Shown piece by piece: positions 1 to 10,954 of a stretch of 34,375 nt of DNA; the stretch's first letter is position 1; each line of letters begins with the position of its first letter. A program made the translations under genes and the position numbers. The DNA is from Nemertoderma westbladi (lineage: Eukaryota; Animalia; Xenacoelomorpha). The stretch lies in the NCBI GenBank assembly GCA_032718475.1, contig JAUCBJ010004311.1, forward strand, positions 1 to 34,375, written 5' to 3'. The notes beneath the pieces were generated by a model. It saw only the letters and a list, made by a program, of their open reading frames with translations. It was not told the DNA's origin and did no database searches.

Positions 1-440
1 CCAGTAGTGCGACTTATTCTTTAGTTGGGGGTTTACCTTACAGCGTTCGCTGCCCCTACTGCCTAACCGTACTTAATCGGACAGATGATCTACACACGCG
101 GCAATCCGTTCAGACCTAATAACAGCCAGACAACTATCCAGCCTACAAATTATCTAAATAAAATTATACGCTACCCGTACAGACTTACACAAACAAAGTA
201 CAGACCAAACGATGGCAGACTACTCTCAAGCCTAAATAAACTGCAGGACATGCAGACTCCGAAATGATTAGGGAGTATGCGCTCTAACCCAGTAGTGCGA
301 CTTATTCTTTAGTTGGGGGTTTACCTTACAGCGTTCGCTGCCCCTACTGCCTAATCGTACTTAATCGGACAGGTGATCTACACACACTGCAATCCGTTCA
401 GACTTAACAGCAATCAGACAACAGCTCAGCCTACAAATTG
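1..440. repeat. Tandem direct repeat with 288-bp period; left copy cut by the window edge
   Basis: CCAGTAGTGCGACTTATTCTTTAGTTGGGGG...CAATCCGTTCAGAC occurs at 1 and at 289. The first ~115 bp are nearly identical and the copies then diverge. Confidence 0.9.
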
Positions 441-1599
441 TCTGTACAATCTGATCAGGCTTACACGCCTTCTGTTCAATACTGGCCTACAAACAAATAA
501 AACTTGACAGAAATAAGTAAAAATCTCAATAAAAAACCAGGGCGGGCCCTCCCTGATTAATTATTAAGGCCTACCGGTATATAACTATCAAATCGAATAA
601 TACTGCTGTACCTGTACTGCTGTAGGTACCGGTCCGGGTGGTTAGGTAGTCAGGCCTACTGGGTACCGGTTGCCGGTACTTCAGCTTTATTGCCTACTGC
701 AATACAGAAGCTATATCCTTTAATGTTCGCGCTTTCAGACCTTTGGCAGTTTAACCCGCCAAATTAAGATGTCTTCTAGATATTAAATCGTTTTTAGTCT
801 ATGACAAGTATTTGATTCACTACACTAGTCGAAACCAATCTGTGCGCGACCATTCACCCGCTGGATATTCCCGGGAGATTGGGTTCGACGGTTTAATTTT
901 ATTGCTATGTAAGCCTAATGTATTATTCGACTGACAGTATTATATAATCTCTGACAATATTATTCACCTTCGGGAATATTAACAGTTCCTTTAGGACGTG
1001 GCGCTTTATCTATATAAACAGAGTTATGACTTAAACTACTCACAACGATATGGCTTAATTATAATTCACATATATGGCGCATTCTTTAGGAATTGCTTCT
1101 TTAACAGACTCACTCATACGCAATGCTGCACAATACTGCACACTAATCTGCCAATCTTCACTGATTTTAGTCACATATAAAAGGAACACAGACTGACTCA
1201 TGTAGGGTCTATCAAATAACATTAGATTCACTTCAAACCACTTTAACATAAGTCACAATCGTTATTGGTAACCTTTCTCTCTTACCTTCGGTATATCAAG
1301 AATATTGGGTTTTCGGGGTTATTTCTCGTTATTCCAATATAATAATTCATCAACCAATATAATGAATAACCGACAACAAATAGCAGTACACAGTATCGAT
1401 TGAGCAGGTAATTTTAGCAGTTTCAGCAGTTATTAAAAGCCGTGTGTCAGCAGTCAGTGTATTCCCAGATCAGTGATTCCATGAGTCAGGTGCGTTAAAG
1501 GATATATGTCCTTATAATTAAACCTACTAGTGTAAGACTAAAAACTGAAAACACGGAGGTGCCAAAAGCCGGTTCTTAGGCTCTGGGCAAAAACAACAT

Positions 1600-1778
1600 A
1601 ACACTGAACTACTGAGTTTCTGTATATACCTCCAACACAGAGACAACAAACGCTCTGATTGGTCAACCTGAACAACGAGAGAACAGAGAAACAAAGAAAC
1701 GTCGACGTGGCAATATCAGCTGCTAGCCGTCGTCATGGTAGCGACACTGTTTTCAAGAGTATCGAGCTTTTACGTCAC
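1600..1778 (-). promoter_or_regulatory. Candidate Pol II promoter, probably of a mobile element
   Basis: On the minus strand, in plausible order: CRE-like TGACGTAA (~1771-1778), CCAAT box GACCAATCAG (~1655-1664), TATA-like GTATATAC (~1622-1629) and Inr-like TCAGTT (~1601-1606). Motif match only. Confidence 0.3.
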
Positions 1779-2037
1779 GGAATTACGGATTATGTCCTCT
1801 AAAGTACAAATACAGAAGAAATAGCTTTTATGTCCGCTAAAACACCAGTACAGCAAGGACACGGCCTTTTTATGCCTGGTAAACCAACTACAGAGTACTT
1901 TACGGGAAAAATAAGGAAAAATAACCGGACAATTCAGTAAAAGCTTTTACAGGGGGGGGGGGGGGGTGGCGTGTACCAGAATAACGACACTATATTCCAG
2001 GACATAGCATATATCGATACGTTAGGAAGTTGTTACA

Positions 2038-2055
2038 TGGCACTGCGAGTAGGGT
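2038..2055 (+). promoter_or_regulatory. Primer-binding site of the Gypsy element (tRNA-Ser-like), directly after an LTR 3' end
   Basis: TGTTACA|TGGCACTGCGAGTAGGGT: a CA LTR end is followed by TGG and a sequence resembling the complement of a tRNA-Ser 3' end, 100 bp upstream of gag. The tRNA identity is from memory. Confidence 0.65.
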
Positions 2056-2137
2056 TTTACTACCGAACTCTCGTAATGGATAAACTATTGATTATTAACG
2101 GCAACAGCCCCCAGTAGCCTAGCAACTAGACCCGCGC

Positions 2138-2748
2138 ATGTTCATGGTTAAACGCCCATGTGAGAAATTTGATATTGAAACAAAGGCTGACCAATGGCGG
2201 ACATGGAAATTGCAATGGGAGAACTTCCTCGGGACATCCAGTATCGACCGACTACTTGAAGTTTATCCACGTACTGGTGAACATTTTCCCAGTGATGAAA
2301 TGACAGCAACACTAAAAGCTGCGAAGCAAACAATTATACAAGGAATGAACTCCTTGCATCACTCTCCAGGAACACAGTAAAGACTCTAGATTGGCTAGGT
2401 ATGTCAGATGCTGACTGGATCTCACCAGTTGCCATTATTGCTGCACTTGACAAATTTATTCTAGGTGGGCGGAATGTTTGGAAATACCAACATGAATTCG
2501 GTATAGAGGGAATCAGGACAATGAGACTTTTGCAGAGTTTGTCGTGGTCCTATGTAAAATTGGAACCAAGTGTGACTTTCCATTTACTGCCAGAAATGCC
2601 ACAGATGCAATGAATGACAACCACCTTAAGCAACTCATTCTCATGCCAGGTAATGATAAAGTGATTGCAGACCTCCTGGAACTTCCTGAACCAGTCACTT
2701 TCACTGAAGCACTAAAGGTAGCTGAGTTGATGGAGGCTGCCCCTAAAA
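2138..2748 (+). pseudogene. gag: Gypsy gag N-terminal part, frameshifted
   Basis: QWRTWKLQWENF, LCKIGTKCDF and LLELPEPVTFTEALKVAELMEAA match the typical Mag-group gag pattern. Confidence 0.75.
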
Positions 2749-4341
2749 AGGCGATATCTCCTTTGCAGAAGTGAAGGCTGCTGCAAAGAGCATTAAGACC
2801 AATCGTGCCAGTGGAGTAGATGGTGTTCCCCCTGAGGTCTTTAAAATACCTGAGTGTTTAAAGCTCATCTATCCCATCATAGTAGACATGTACCGTACAA
2901 CAAGAGTCCCCCAAGAAATGAAAACAAATAAGTTGGTGCCAGTTCCCAAGAAGGGCAACCTAACACTCTATGGTTCTTTTCGGGGAATCTCATTGATCTC
3001 GATTGCTGCAAAGCTATACAATAGGATTCTATTAAATCGCATCAGGGATCCCATTGAGAGACTGCTCCGTGGAAATCAGAATGGGTTCCGTAAAGGTCGT
3101 GGGACCATGGAGCCCATTTTGGCACTTAGAAGGATAATTGAAGAATTATCAAAAAAGAAAGACAGGCATCTGGCTGTTATCTTTGTTGACTTCTTCAAGG
3201 CCTTTGATTCAGTCTCTCGCTCACGTATGTTCAGCATACTTTCATTATATGGGATTCCTGATGAAATTATTGCAGCAATCAGATCAGTATACGATGGTTC
3301 GACAACATTTGTGTCTACTGTTGACGGTGACACAGAACCATTTGAAGTGTTATGGGGCGTCCTCCAAGGAGACACACTTGCACCATTCTTATTCATTATT
3401 GTGGTTGACTATGTTCTACGCATGTCCTTAGATCATCATAATGATGATGGGTTGATGATAACTCCACCTACTGGCTCCAGAAGTCGAGGAAATCCTGCCA
3501 AGTACCTAACTGATCTAGACTTTGCTGATGACTTAGGAGTACTCTCAGAATCATTAGAGGGAGCCCAACGGCTCCTCAGCTCATTAGAACATGCTGCTTC
3601 TAGTGTTGGTCTTTTTATTAACTCCAGAAAGACCAAAATTCTGACAGTTAACTTTGAAAGTCCTCAGCAAGTCTGTGATCGGATGAGCATAAGCTCAAAG
3701 GATGGTATGCTTGAGCATGTCGACGACTTCTGTTACCTGGGATCATGGATCCGGAAGTCAGGTGAGGACCTTCGAATACGTAAGGGAAAGGCATGGGCAG
3801 CCTTGAATAGGCTTTCCAGGATTTGGAAGTCACCGAGAATTAATCGGAAACTTAAGGTCCGATTATTTAGAGCAGCAGTAGTTCCAGTACTCCTCTACGG
3901 GAGTCCATGCTGGGCTCTAACTGCTGAGGACACCAAATCTCTGGATGGCACATTCACAAGAATGCTACACCGGGTTCATTGTGTCAAGTACAATGCACAC
4001 ATCTCCAACCAGACACTATATAACATTGGAGGTGTCTCATTGGTTCCCCCAAGCTTGACACTAGAACAAAATCGCCTCCGCTTTGCAGGACATTGCTTTC
4101 GCCGTGAGGACCAGCCAGTGCATAATCTTGTACTTTGGCAGCCTCATGGAGTGAATAAGCATGGTGGACAGCCCATGACTTTCTTGAGTCGCATCTTAAA
4201 GGACACTGGCCTTAAAGATGCGGATGATCTAGCAAATGTCATGGGTGATAGGGAGTTGTGGCGGTGCAATTTTGTTGACAAGCCGGCACAGCATTCTTAA
4301 AAATGCAGCTGCAATGCAGCATGCCGATCCTAGTAGTAGTA
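2749..4341 (+). mobile_element. 5'-truncated RTE-clade LINE (copy 1)
   Basis: Perfect 10-bp TSD GCCCCTAAAA at 2739-2748 and 4342-4351, a (TAG)n tail at 4331-4341 and an uninterrupted RT frame. Confidence 0.95.
2750..4300 (+). CDS. RTE non-LTR reverse transcriptase, 5'-truncated with no endonuclease; open frame of about 516 codons
   Basis: Motifs FRGISLIS, QNGFRKGR, FVDFFKAFDSV, GVLQGDTLAPFLF, LDFADD, FCYLGS and the RTE-type C-terminus RLRFAGHCFR...DRELWR. Confidence 0.92.
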   Translation, partial: GDISFAEVKAAAKSIKTNRASGVDGVPPEVFKIPECLKLIYPIIVDMYRTTRVPQEMKTNKLVPVPKKGNLTLYGSFRGISLISIAAKLYNRILLNRIRDPIERLLRGNQNGFRKGRGTMEPILALRRIIEELSKKKDRHLAVIFVDFFKAFDSVSRSRMFSILSLYGIPDEIIAAIRSVYDGSTTFVSTVDGDTEPFEVLWGVLQGDTLAPFLFIIVVDYVLRMSLDHHNDDGLMITPPTGSRSRGNPAKYLTDLDFADDLGVLSESLEGAQRLLSSLEHAASSVGLFINSRKTKILTVNFESPQQVCDRMSISSKDGMLEHVDDFCYLGSWIRKSGEDLRIRKGKAWAALNRLSRIWKSPRINRKLKVRLFRAAVVPVLLYGSPCWALTAEDTKSLDGTFTRMLHRVHCVKYNAHISNQTLYNIGGVSLVPPSLTLEQNRLRFAGHCFRREDQPVHNLVLWQPHGVNKHGGQPMTFLSRILKDTGLKDADDLANVMGDRELWRCNFVDKPAQHS

Positions 4342-4711
4342 GCCCCTAAAACATGCTCAGGCATTAGCACTGCAAGGTCAACTAGTATGACTAGTGGAAG
4401 TGGTGATACAAACAGACTTGTGGCGTGGCTAAGTCCAAGACAAAGAAAAGCTTTTATTGTGGCCATAAACTCCCACAAGGCCCAGGCCAGAAATTATTGG
4501 CCATCTTGAGATTTTTTTTACTTCTAGGTTACCGGTATGACTGTACTGACCTAACCTGACTGCCTGATGTACTCTCGGGGGCAGACTGTTAATTAAATGC
4601 TGGACTGAAATGCTGTTACATCACCAACCAATAATTGGACTAACTAACCGGACTGTTTAATTAATTATTACTGTAATAACGAACTAACCAGCTAACGGCA
4701 ACGGCCTATGA

Positions 4712-5652
4712 ATGTCTTGTGACGACCTTGGACGTACTCGATCCCAATCGCGCTTTAATCAATTATCTACACAAATAGATACAGACTTCGCAACAGGGTC
4801 GTCTTCAGAGGAAGGAGAGTCTGTAAAGACCATGGAGAACCCTGGTAGGCCTTCAGGTCATAATAACCCTAATACCCGAAGTGACAATTCAGATATCTTT
4901 GTAGCTTCAGGTGAAATGCGAAAGGACTTTACTAAACAATTAACTAAGATATCCAACGACCTTACCGAGAAATTCGACGACGTTGTCTCCTCGCTCGACT
5001 TTACAAATACTAAACTTGACCGTATAGTGGATGGCATGAATACCAAACTAAACAATATTATCTCTAGGATCGATATAACTGACAAAGCAATTATAAGTGA
5101 CCGGGTTTGGCAACGCAAATGGAACCTTATTATATATGGCATAGCATCCAAAGAGAACGAATCAAACCAAGTAACAAGAGAAAAATAACTGATTTAGCGG
5201 TAATGGTGGGTCTCGACCCACCCCCACTTCTTGCAGCATGTCATCGCCTATCGAATAAACCTAACTCCCCAATTATAGCGCGATTTATCCAACTGGATGA
5301 TATCCAGTCGTGGCTTAAAAAAGCCAAGGACTTCCGGAATCTCAATCCGTCAATCACAATTTCTCAGGACCTACCACGGGAATTGCTACCGTTACGCAAA
5401 GATCTTCTTAATCTAAAGAAAAAATTGCCACCGGAGAAGAAACCCCGACTAATCATAGACACCCGCGTTTATCCCTTTGTATACCTGAAGACCAAGGATG
5501 GCGACATCATAACTTCGAACATAATCCAAATTATCGAGAACTTCCCGGAAGTAACTGGTGGAAACCCTACAACCCATCCAATAGACAATGCGACCCCAAA
5601 TTACACCACACAGCCCACTGGATGGAGTACTAAACGCGGTGGACGCAGGTGA
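4712..5652 (+). pseudogene. LINE ORF1 (coiled coil plus L1-ORF1-like RRM) with one frameshift near 5180
   Basis: RQRKWNLIIYGI, ACHRL...PIIARF and ITISQDLP motifs are split over ORFs 4712-5188 and 5107-5652. Confidence 0.85.
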
Positions 5653-6772
5653 ACGATCTCTCCTTATCTTCTGTTTCGTTCATTTTATTAATTCATTTAA
5701 TACGGCACATTATTAACTGCCTCACTGTTTCATTTTCTAAAAAAAAAACATTGTATAACTAAACGGATTTAAGTTATTTTATATTTTTTTTTATATCATC
5801 AACGCAAGAAGGAACGTAAAGATATACTAAACATACAATGTTTCCCAGTAGGGTTTGTGTAGTACAGCGTTTTATTTAAATATATTCCAGTACATTGTTA
5901 TTTCTTTTTTGCCCACCGAACTGTACAGGCTCAATTTATTGTCGGTTAATTTCTAGTTACTGAACTATTTGATGTTTCATGAAAAGTAATTAATAGTAGT
6001 TTCACTTCATTCTTCACCTCATATCACGCCCCCCCCCCCCCCCCCTCACCCCCATGTCTCCTCCTGAATCCGCCAACTGCTTTCTTTGTTACTCAAAATT
6101 TGATGCTAGTGATACAATTTTAAATTGCAGCCTCTGTTTTAATAAATTTCACTTACCTTGTGGCACTTGTCTGTCTGAACATGAAGTCAATGACGCACTA
6201 CTTCGCTATAACAATACATTATGTTACTATTGCTACTCTAGTATATTTCCCTTCTCCAGTATCGCCTCAAATGATACCGACGTATTTGAATCAGACTCTG
6301 CAGATACGGTGACCGAGTCAACAACAACTGATATTCTAAACCAAACTTTCAGTAATCTGGATCCAGATAATAACCTGATCAATCTTAATATTGAAAAGGG
6401 TTACTATTATTCTGAATCCATATTCAACAACGAATTTAGTAAACTTAAATCAAACTCTTTATCTATATTTAATCTTAACTGCAGAAGTTTGTCAACTAAC
6501 CTATCTGTCACAACTGACCTTTTGCTCAATTTAAAATCTAAGTTTGATGTACTAACATTTTCAGAAACCGTTGCTAGTGATAATGACGATATAGGTCCCT
6601 TAAAAATGAACTCTTTGGGTTACCAAGGCCCTTTCTTGGACAACAGATCCATTGGACGACTACACCGGGGAGGTACTGCGATATATATAACTGACTCACT
6701 CGATGTCACTGAAAGGACAGACTTGAAAATGCAGGGCTTAGAAAACTCTTGGATTGAAATCTCCCATCCTAA
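5567..6772 (+). repeat. 1206-bp LINE segment duplicated in tandem; second copy is 6792-7315 + 8359-8626 + 10955-11365
   Basis: Sequence identity is visible directly, with about six substitutions. A 19-nt filler lies at 6773-6791. Confidence 0.95.
6054..6772 (+). pseudogene. LINE ORF2 N-terminus (first copy): PHD-like Cys/His finger and start of AP endonuclease
   Basis: CFLC...CSLC..KFHLPC...CYYC, then NLNCRSL, FSET and GGTAIYI. Truncated by the duplication junction. Confidence 0.85.
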
Positions 6773-7315
6773 TCCATCCAACCTAATCCATCTACAACCC
6801 ATCCAATAGACAATGCGACCCCAAATTACACCACACAGCCCACTGGATGGAGTACTAAACGCGGTGGACGCAGGTGAACGATCTCTCCTTATCTTCTGTT
6901 TCGTTCATTTTATTAATTCATTTAATACGGCACATTATTAACTGCCTCACTGTTTCATTTTCTAAAAAAAAAACATTGTATAACTAAACGGATTTAAGTT
7001 ATTTTATATTTTTTTTTATATCATCAACGCAAGAAGGAACGTAAAGATATACTAAACATACAATGTTTCCCAGTAGGGTTTGTGTAGTACAGCGATTTAT
7101 TTAAATATATTCCAGTACATTGTTATTTCTTTTTTGCCCACCGAACTGTACAGGCTCAATTTATTGTCGGTTAATTTCTAGTTACTGAACTATTTGATGT
7201 TTCATGAAAAGTAATTAATAGTAGTTTCACTTCATTCTTCACCTCATATCACGCCCCCCCCCCCCCCCTCACCCCCATGTCTCCTCCTGAATCCGCCAAC
7301 TGCTTTCTTTGTTAC

Positions 7316-8358
7316 GGTGGGTCCCGGCTTTTACTAATCTTCAAATTTCGAATCAAATTTAGAACAAGTTATTATTTAGTACACCTTATTGATGAGAGTT
7401 TATCAAAAACTAATTTAAATTTTTTGATCATCATTATTTATTTAATCATCTTCACATTAATAAACTGAATAAAAACAATATTATCTATTTATGAATTTTT
7501 TTAAGTGGGGGGGGGGGGGGGGGGGGGGGTACACCATTTCGGACAACTCTTCGATTGATCACTCTCAGCGTTTCAAAATTGTTTGGTTTTGGCTAAAATT
7601 TGGCATATAGGTGCCTAAGATGCTATTCTACATGACAGGTCCGAAAATTTTTTTTTCGCTATTTAATATTAGTTAATACAAGTTAACATTAAAAAAAACT
7701 TGGTCGCGCTTAACACCCTAAGGCTTTTACAGTTTTGAATCTAATCACATGAAAGTTTTTTTATATGATAGATCAAAGATGGGGCAACATAACTGTCAGG
7801 CGAAATTTTGTGAAAAAAATTCTGCACCGCTAGGTGGCCTTCAAATTTATGCAAATTTTTAGGTTTGTTATAAATAGTATTAAATTTTATTAACAAAAGG
7901 AAATTTCGAAAAGTTGTCTGTTACTTTTATGCAGGGTGGCTATCTAGACACCTACAGGAAGTTTCAGACTAATTGCTCAAAAATTGTAGAAGTAGTAGGG
8001 TTTTGAATTTGACAATTTCATAAAAAAATATTTGGAGATAATCGACCTTTCATTATACATAGTAATAGTAATTTCAATAGAATTCCCTAAATGGAAATTG
8101 TTATAACTTGAATTCCCCCCCTTAAGATTATAACCCCCCCCCCCCCCCCCCCCCCCCCTTAAGGAATCTTTAAGTCAAGATTTCCATCAGTACTATTTCA
8201 AGTTGATATAGAGACTATAGCTCAATCTATAGCTGTTTTAGATTTTATGTAGGGGAGGAGAGTGGTGGGTATATATTACCATTTTTACTTATTTAAAAAT
8301 ACATTCCCACTGAGATTTACTAGTAAAGAAGAAGTCTGATAAAGAAAGAATTTGGTGC
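7316..8358. mobile_element. 1043-bp insert of non-autonomous DNA-transposon-like sequence in LINE ORF2
   Basis: It replaces 6 nt (TCAAAA) relative to the uninterrupted copy at 6093-6098. It has A/T-tract MITE-like composition and poly-G/poly-C runs. I found no TSD or paired TIR. Confidence 0.5.
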
Positions 8359-8717
8359 TTTGATGCTAGTGATACAATTTTAAATTGCAGCCTCTGTTTT
8401 AATAAATTTCACTTACCTTGTGGCACTTGTCTGTCTGAACATGAAGTCAATGACGCACTACTTCGCTATAACAATACATTATGTTACTATTGCTACTCTA
8501 GTATATTTCCCTTCTCCAGTATCGCCTCAAATGATACCGACGTATTTGAATCAGACTCTGCAGATACGGTGACCGAGTCAACAACAACTGATATTCTAAA
8601 CCAAACTTTCAGTAATCTGGATCCAGTAAGCAACCGAGGGTGGACTCTCTATAGCCGAGGGGCACTTGTATAATAACTAATAATCACGAACCCCATCCTC
8701 TTATAATATATAACTCT

Positions 8718-8782
8718 GTAGTAGTCAGTAGCAGTAGTAATAATAGTAGTAGTAGTAGTAGTATAAGTAGTAAGTAATAGTA
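8718..8782 (+). repeat. Degenerate (TAG)n microsatellite
   Basis: GTAGTAGTCAGTAGCAGTAGTAATAATAGTAGTAGTAGTAGT... Confidence 0.8.
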
Positions 8783-9355
8783 AAGGAGATCGGTTTAAAC
8801 CAAAGTGATAAAGTAACATTATTATATAACATAATCATATAGACAAAGTAGAATAAGATACAGATTCATAATTATTTTATCAAACTCATGTACTACTTAC
8901 TTCAATGTGCCAATTGTAACAATAATTAAACATATTATTCCAATTAATCTGCGTTTGGCCCTATAAGATATTATACTGAAGTGTTTTATATCAATATATC
9001 CATGCGAGTAAACAAGAAGTGAAGTAAATGTTTATTATTATAGTTTTAGAAATTGAATGATATACCCAAGATAGTGAAATAGATAATATACAAGAAATTG
9101 CCATTTGATCAGATATATCAAAGCGGCGTCTTTAGTATAATACCGTAATAGTATCAATTAACTCTGTTATACAATGTAAATATACTAAATCTATTTATAA
9201 ATATATTATGAGCCCTACATTGTATATTTCTCCTACAGGTAGACAATGTAGTATGTTAAAACTTGATATAATTTGGTATAATGTATAACATATTACAAAT
9301 AAGACTGAGGCAGCTAAACTATAATGCAAAGAAATCAAATATCCTAAAGTAATAT

Positions 9356-10935
9356 ACTAGACCCTCCCTCCACCCTATAAATAGTGTTCACCACCTACCC
9401 CACCCACCGCCCTTATTACTTCATAATAATGAAAGATAGTACTGGCGCTCCGGTCACTCCGTTCCCTCCGCTGGGGGGGTTAGGTTGTAGGTTTTGACAC
9501 TATGCAAAATCCGAGCACAGAGTTAGAAGCGCATTGGATAGGCGAACATTTCTTGCAGTGAAAGTATTTCCATACCTATTATAGTTTTCGAGATAGTCAG
9601 ACATGAGTAGCTAAAATTTGAATTTTTTTGGTAAAGTCTGATTTCACCGGTACCTATCATCCGAAATATGGATTATGATATATCGTTAGATGCGGGTCCA
9701 CTAACTGTACATTCACATATTTTCAAGGAAAAAATTCGATCAAGGGTTTTCGAAATATTTTCGAATTACCGGAAGCAGACTTTGGACGACCATATCTCCG
9801 GTACCGGTAGGCCTATTGAGTCGAAATTTTTTTAATCTACTTAGAACACTGCAGTGAATGTTTTTTAGTTTGAAAGTTTTGCCCCAAAATGCTCAGAAGT
9901 AATTTCGAAAAAACTGATCATTTCGCGATCATGATCTTTTGACCCCCTAGAATTGAACTTTTTTATGGTCAAATTTTGGCTACCCCCCCTAATTCGAGGG
10001 TGAGGAATCTTTTTGTAATGTTAAGTTTTTTCATACGGTGAACTCACAGGACTTGGTCTTCGAAATAAAACCGAAAACATGATCTTTCCTGATCATGGCC
10101 TGATCAAATCGCTTTTTGAAAATTTTGAAATGCTCAAAAGTTGCCCCTTCTTAATAGAAGTCGATTAGTAAAAAAAAAATCGGGGGTCTCAAACAAAGTT
10201 TTCGAGAAAATTTGAAAAAACCGAAAAATATCATCTTTAATGATCAGGTATCAGATCTCGAGAACCGGTTGTCCGATCGGGCCAATTTTTTTTTTAATCG
10301 ACTCAGGGCGGTGTTCTGAACGTTTCCTACAGTAATTGTTTATATCCAAAATGCTTAGTTACGATTTTACGAAGTCCGATCTTTGCGCGATCATGATCTT
10401 GCGTTTTGACCGGGAAGACTTCATTTTTTTAAAATCTTTTAACGGGAATCATGACTAATGTGGGGTCGCTGAATCTTTTTGTAATGTTAAGTTTTTCGAT
10501 TGGAGCAAGCCTTGAGTGTCCGATTGCTGATCAAAACTGATCTTTGCTGATCATGGTCAAGATCATGATCTGATCACTCTCAACTTTTTCATTTGAATGT
10601 AAACCCATATGCTGCCTATCGATTGGCGCCGGTCCCAAGTCCGTAGCATTAGCGGTTCTGGATTTATCTCCATAGCAACGTGGTTGCTAGGGAAGCGGAC
10701 TTTTTGACTCAAATTGGCCCTAGCTGGAGAACCGTAGACTTTTTTAACACATTATGTATGGCGAAAAGTCTTCTGGATAAATTTTGGGGGGGGTCTAGGA
10801 ACATCCTATTGTTCGTTTTCGCTTAGTTGCTGAGATCCTCTCGTACCACAAATTCCAGGATTCTATAAAGGCATTCTGCTGGACTAGTTCCGTGGCCGGA
10901 ATAGTGTTCGGTGTTCTGCGAACAGAGAACCTAAT
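9356..10935 (-). mobile_element. Non-autonomous Helentron/HINE (DINE-1-like) element
   Basis: On the minus strand the 5' end is a fold-back, ATTAGGTTC...GAACACTAT (10935-10901). A second GAACACTAT lies near the 3' end (9389-9381) and the terminus is CTAGT. There is an internal ~465-bp degenerate tandem repeat (GAATCTTTTTGTAATGTTAAG at 10006 and 10471). Confidence 0.55.
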
Positions 10936-10954
10936 CGGTTTAGGGCCCTGACAG

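Noticed and set aside
1-440. CRISPR array or hammerhead retrozyme
   Set aside because: The repeat is too long and the context is eukaryotic. No hammerhead core was found on either strand.
3076-3636. Antisense and alternate-frame ORFs over RT genes (also 11213-11521, 27026-27307, 29456-30380, 31933-32364)
   Set aside because: They are shadow ORFs of transposon coding frames with no independent motifs.
10628-10645. GCCGGTCCCAAGTCCG resembles the twister ribozyme P4/L4 motif
   Set aside because: The flanking stem and the other conserved twister segments are absent, and it lies inside a DNA-element body.
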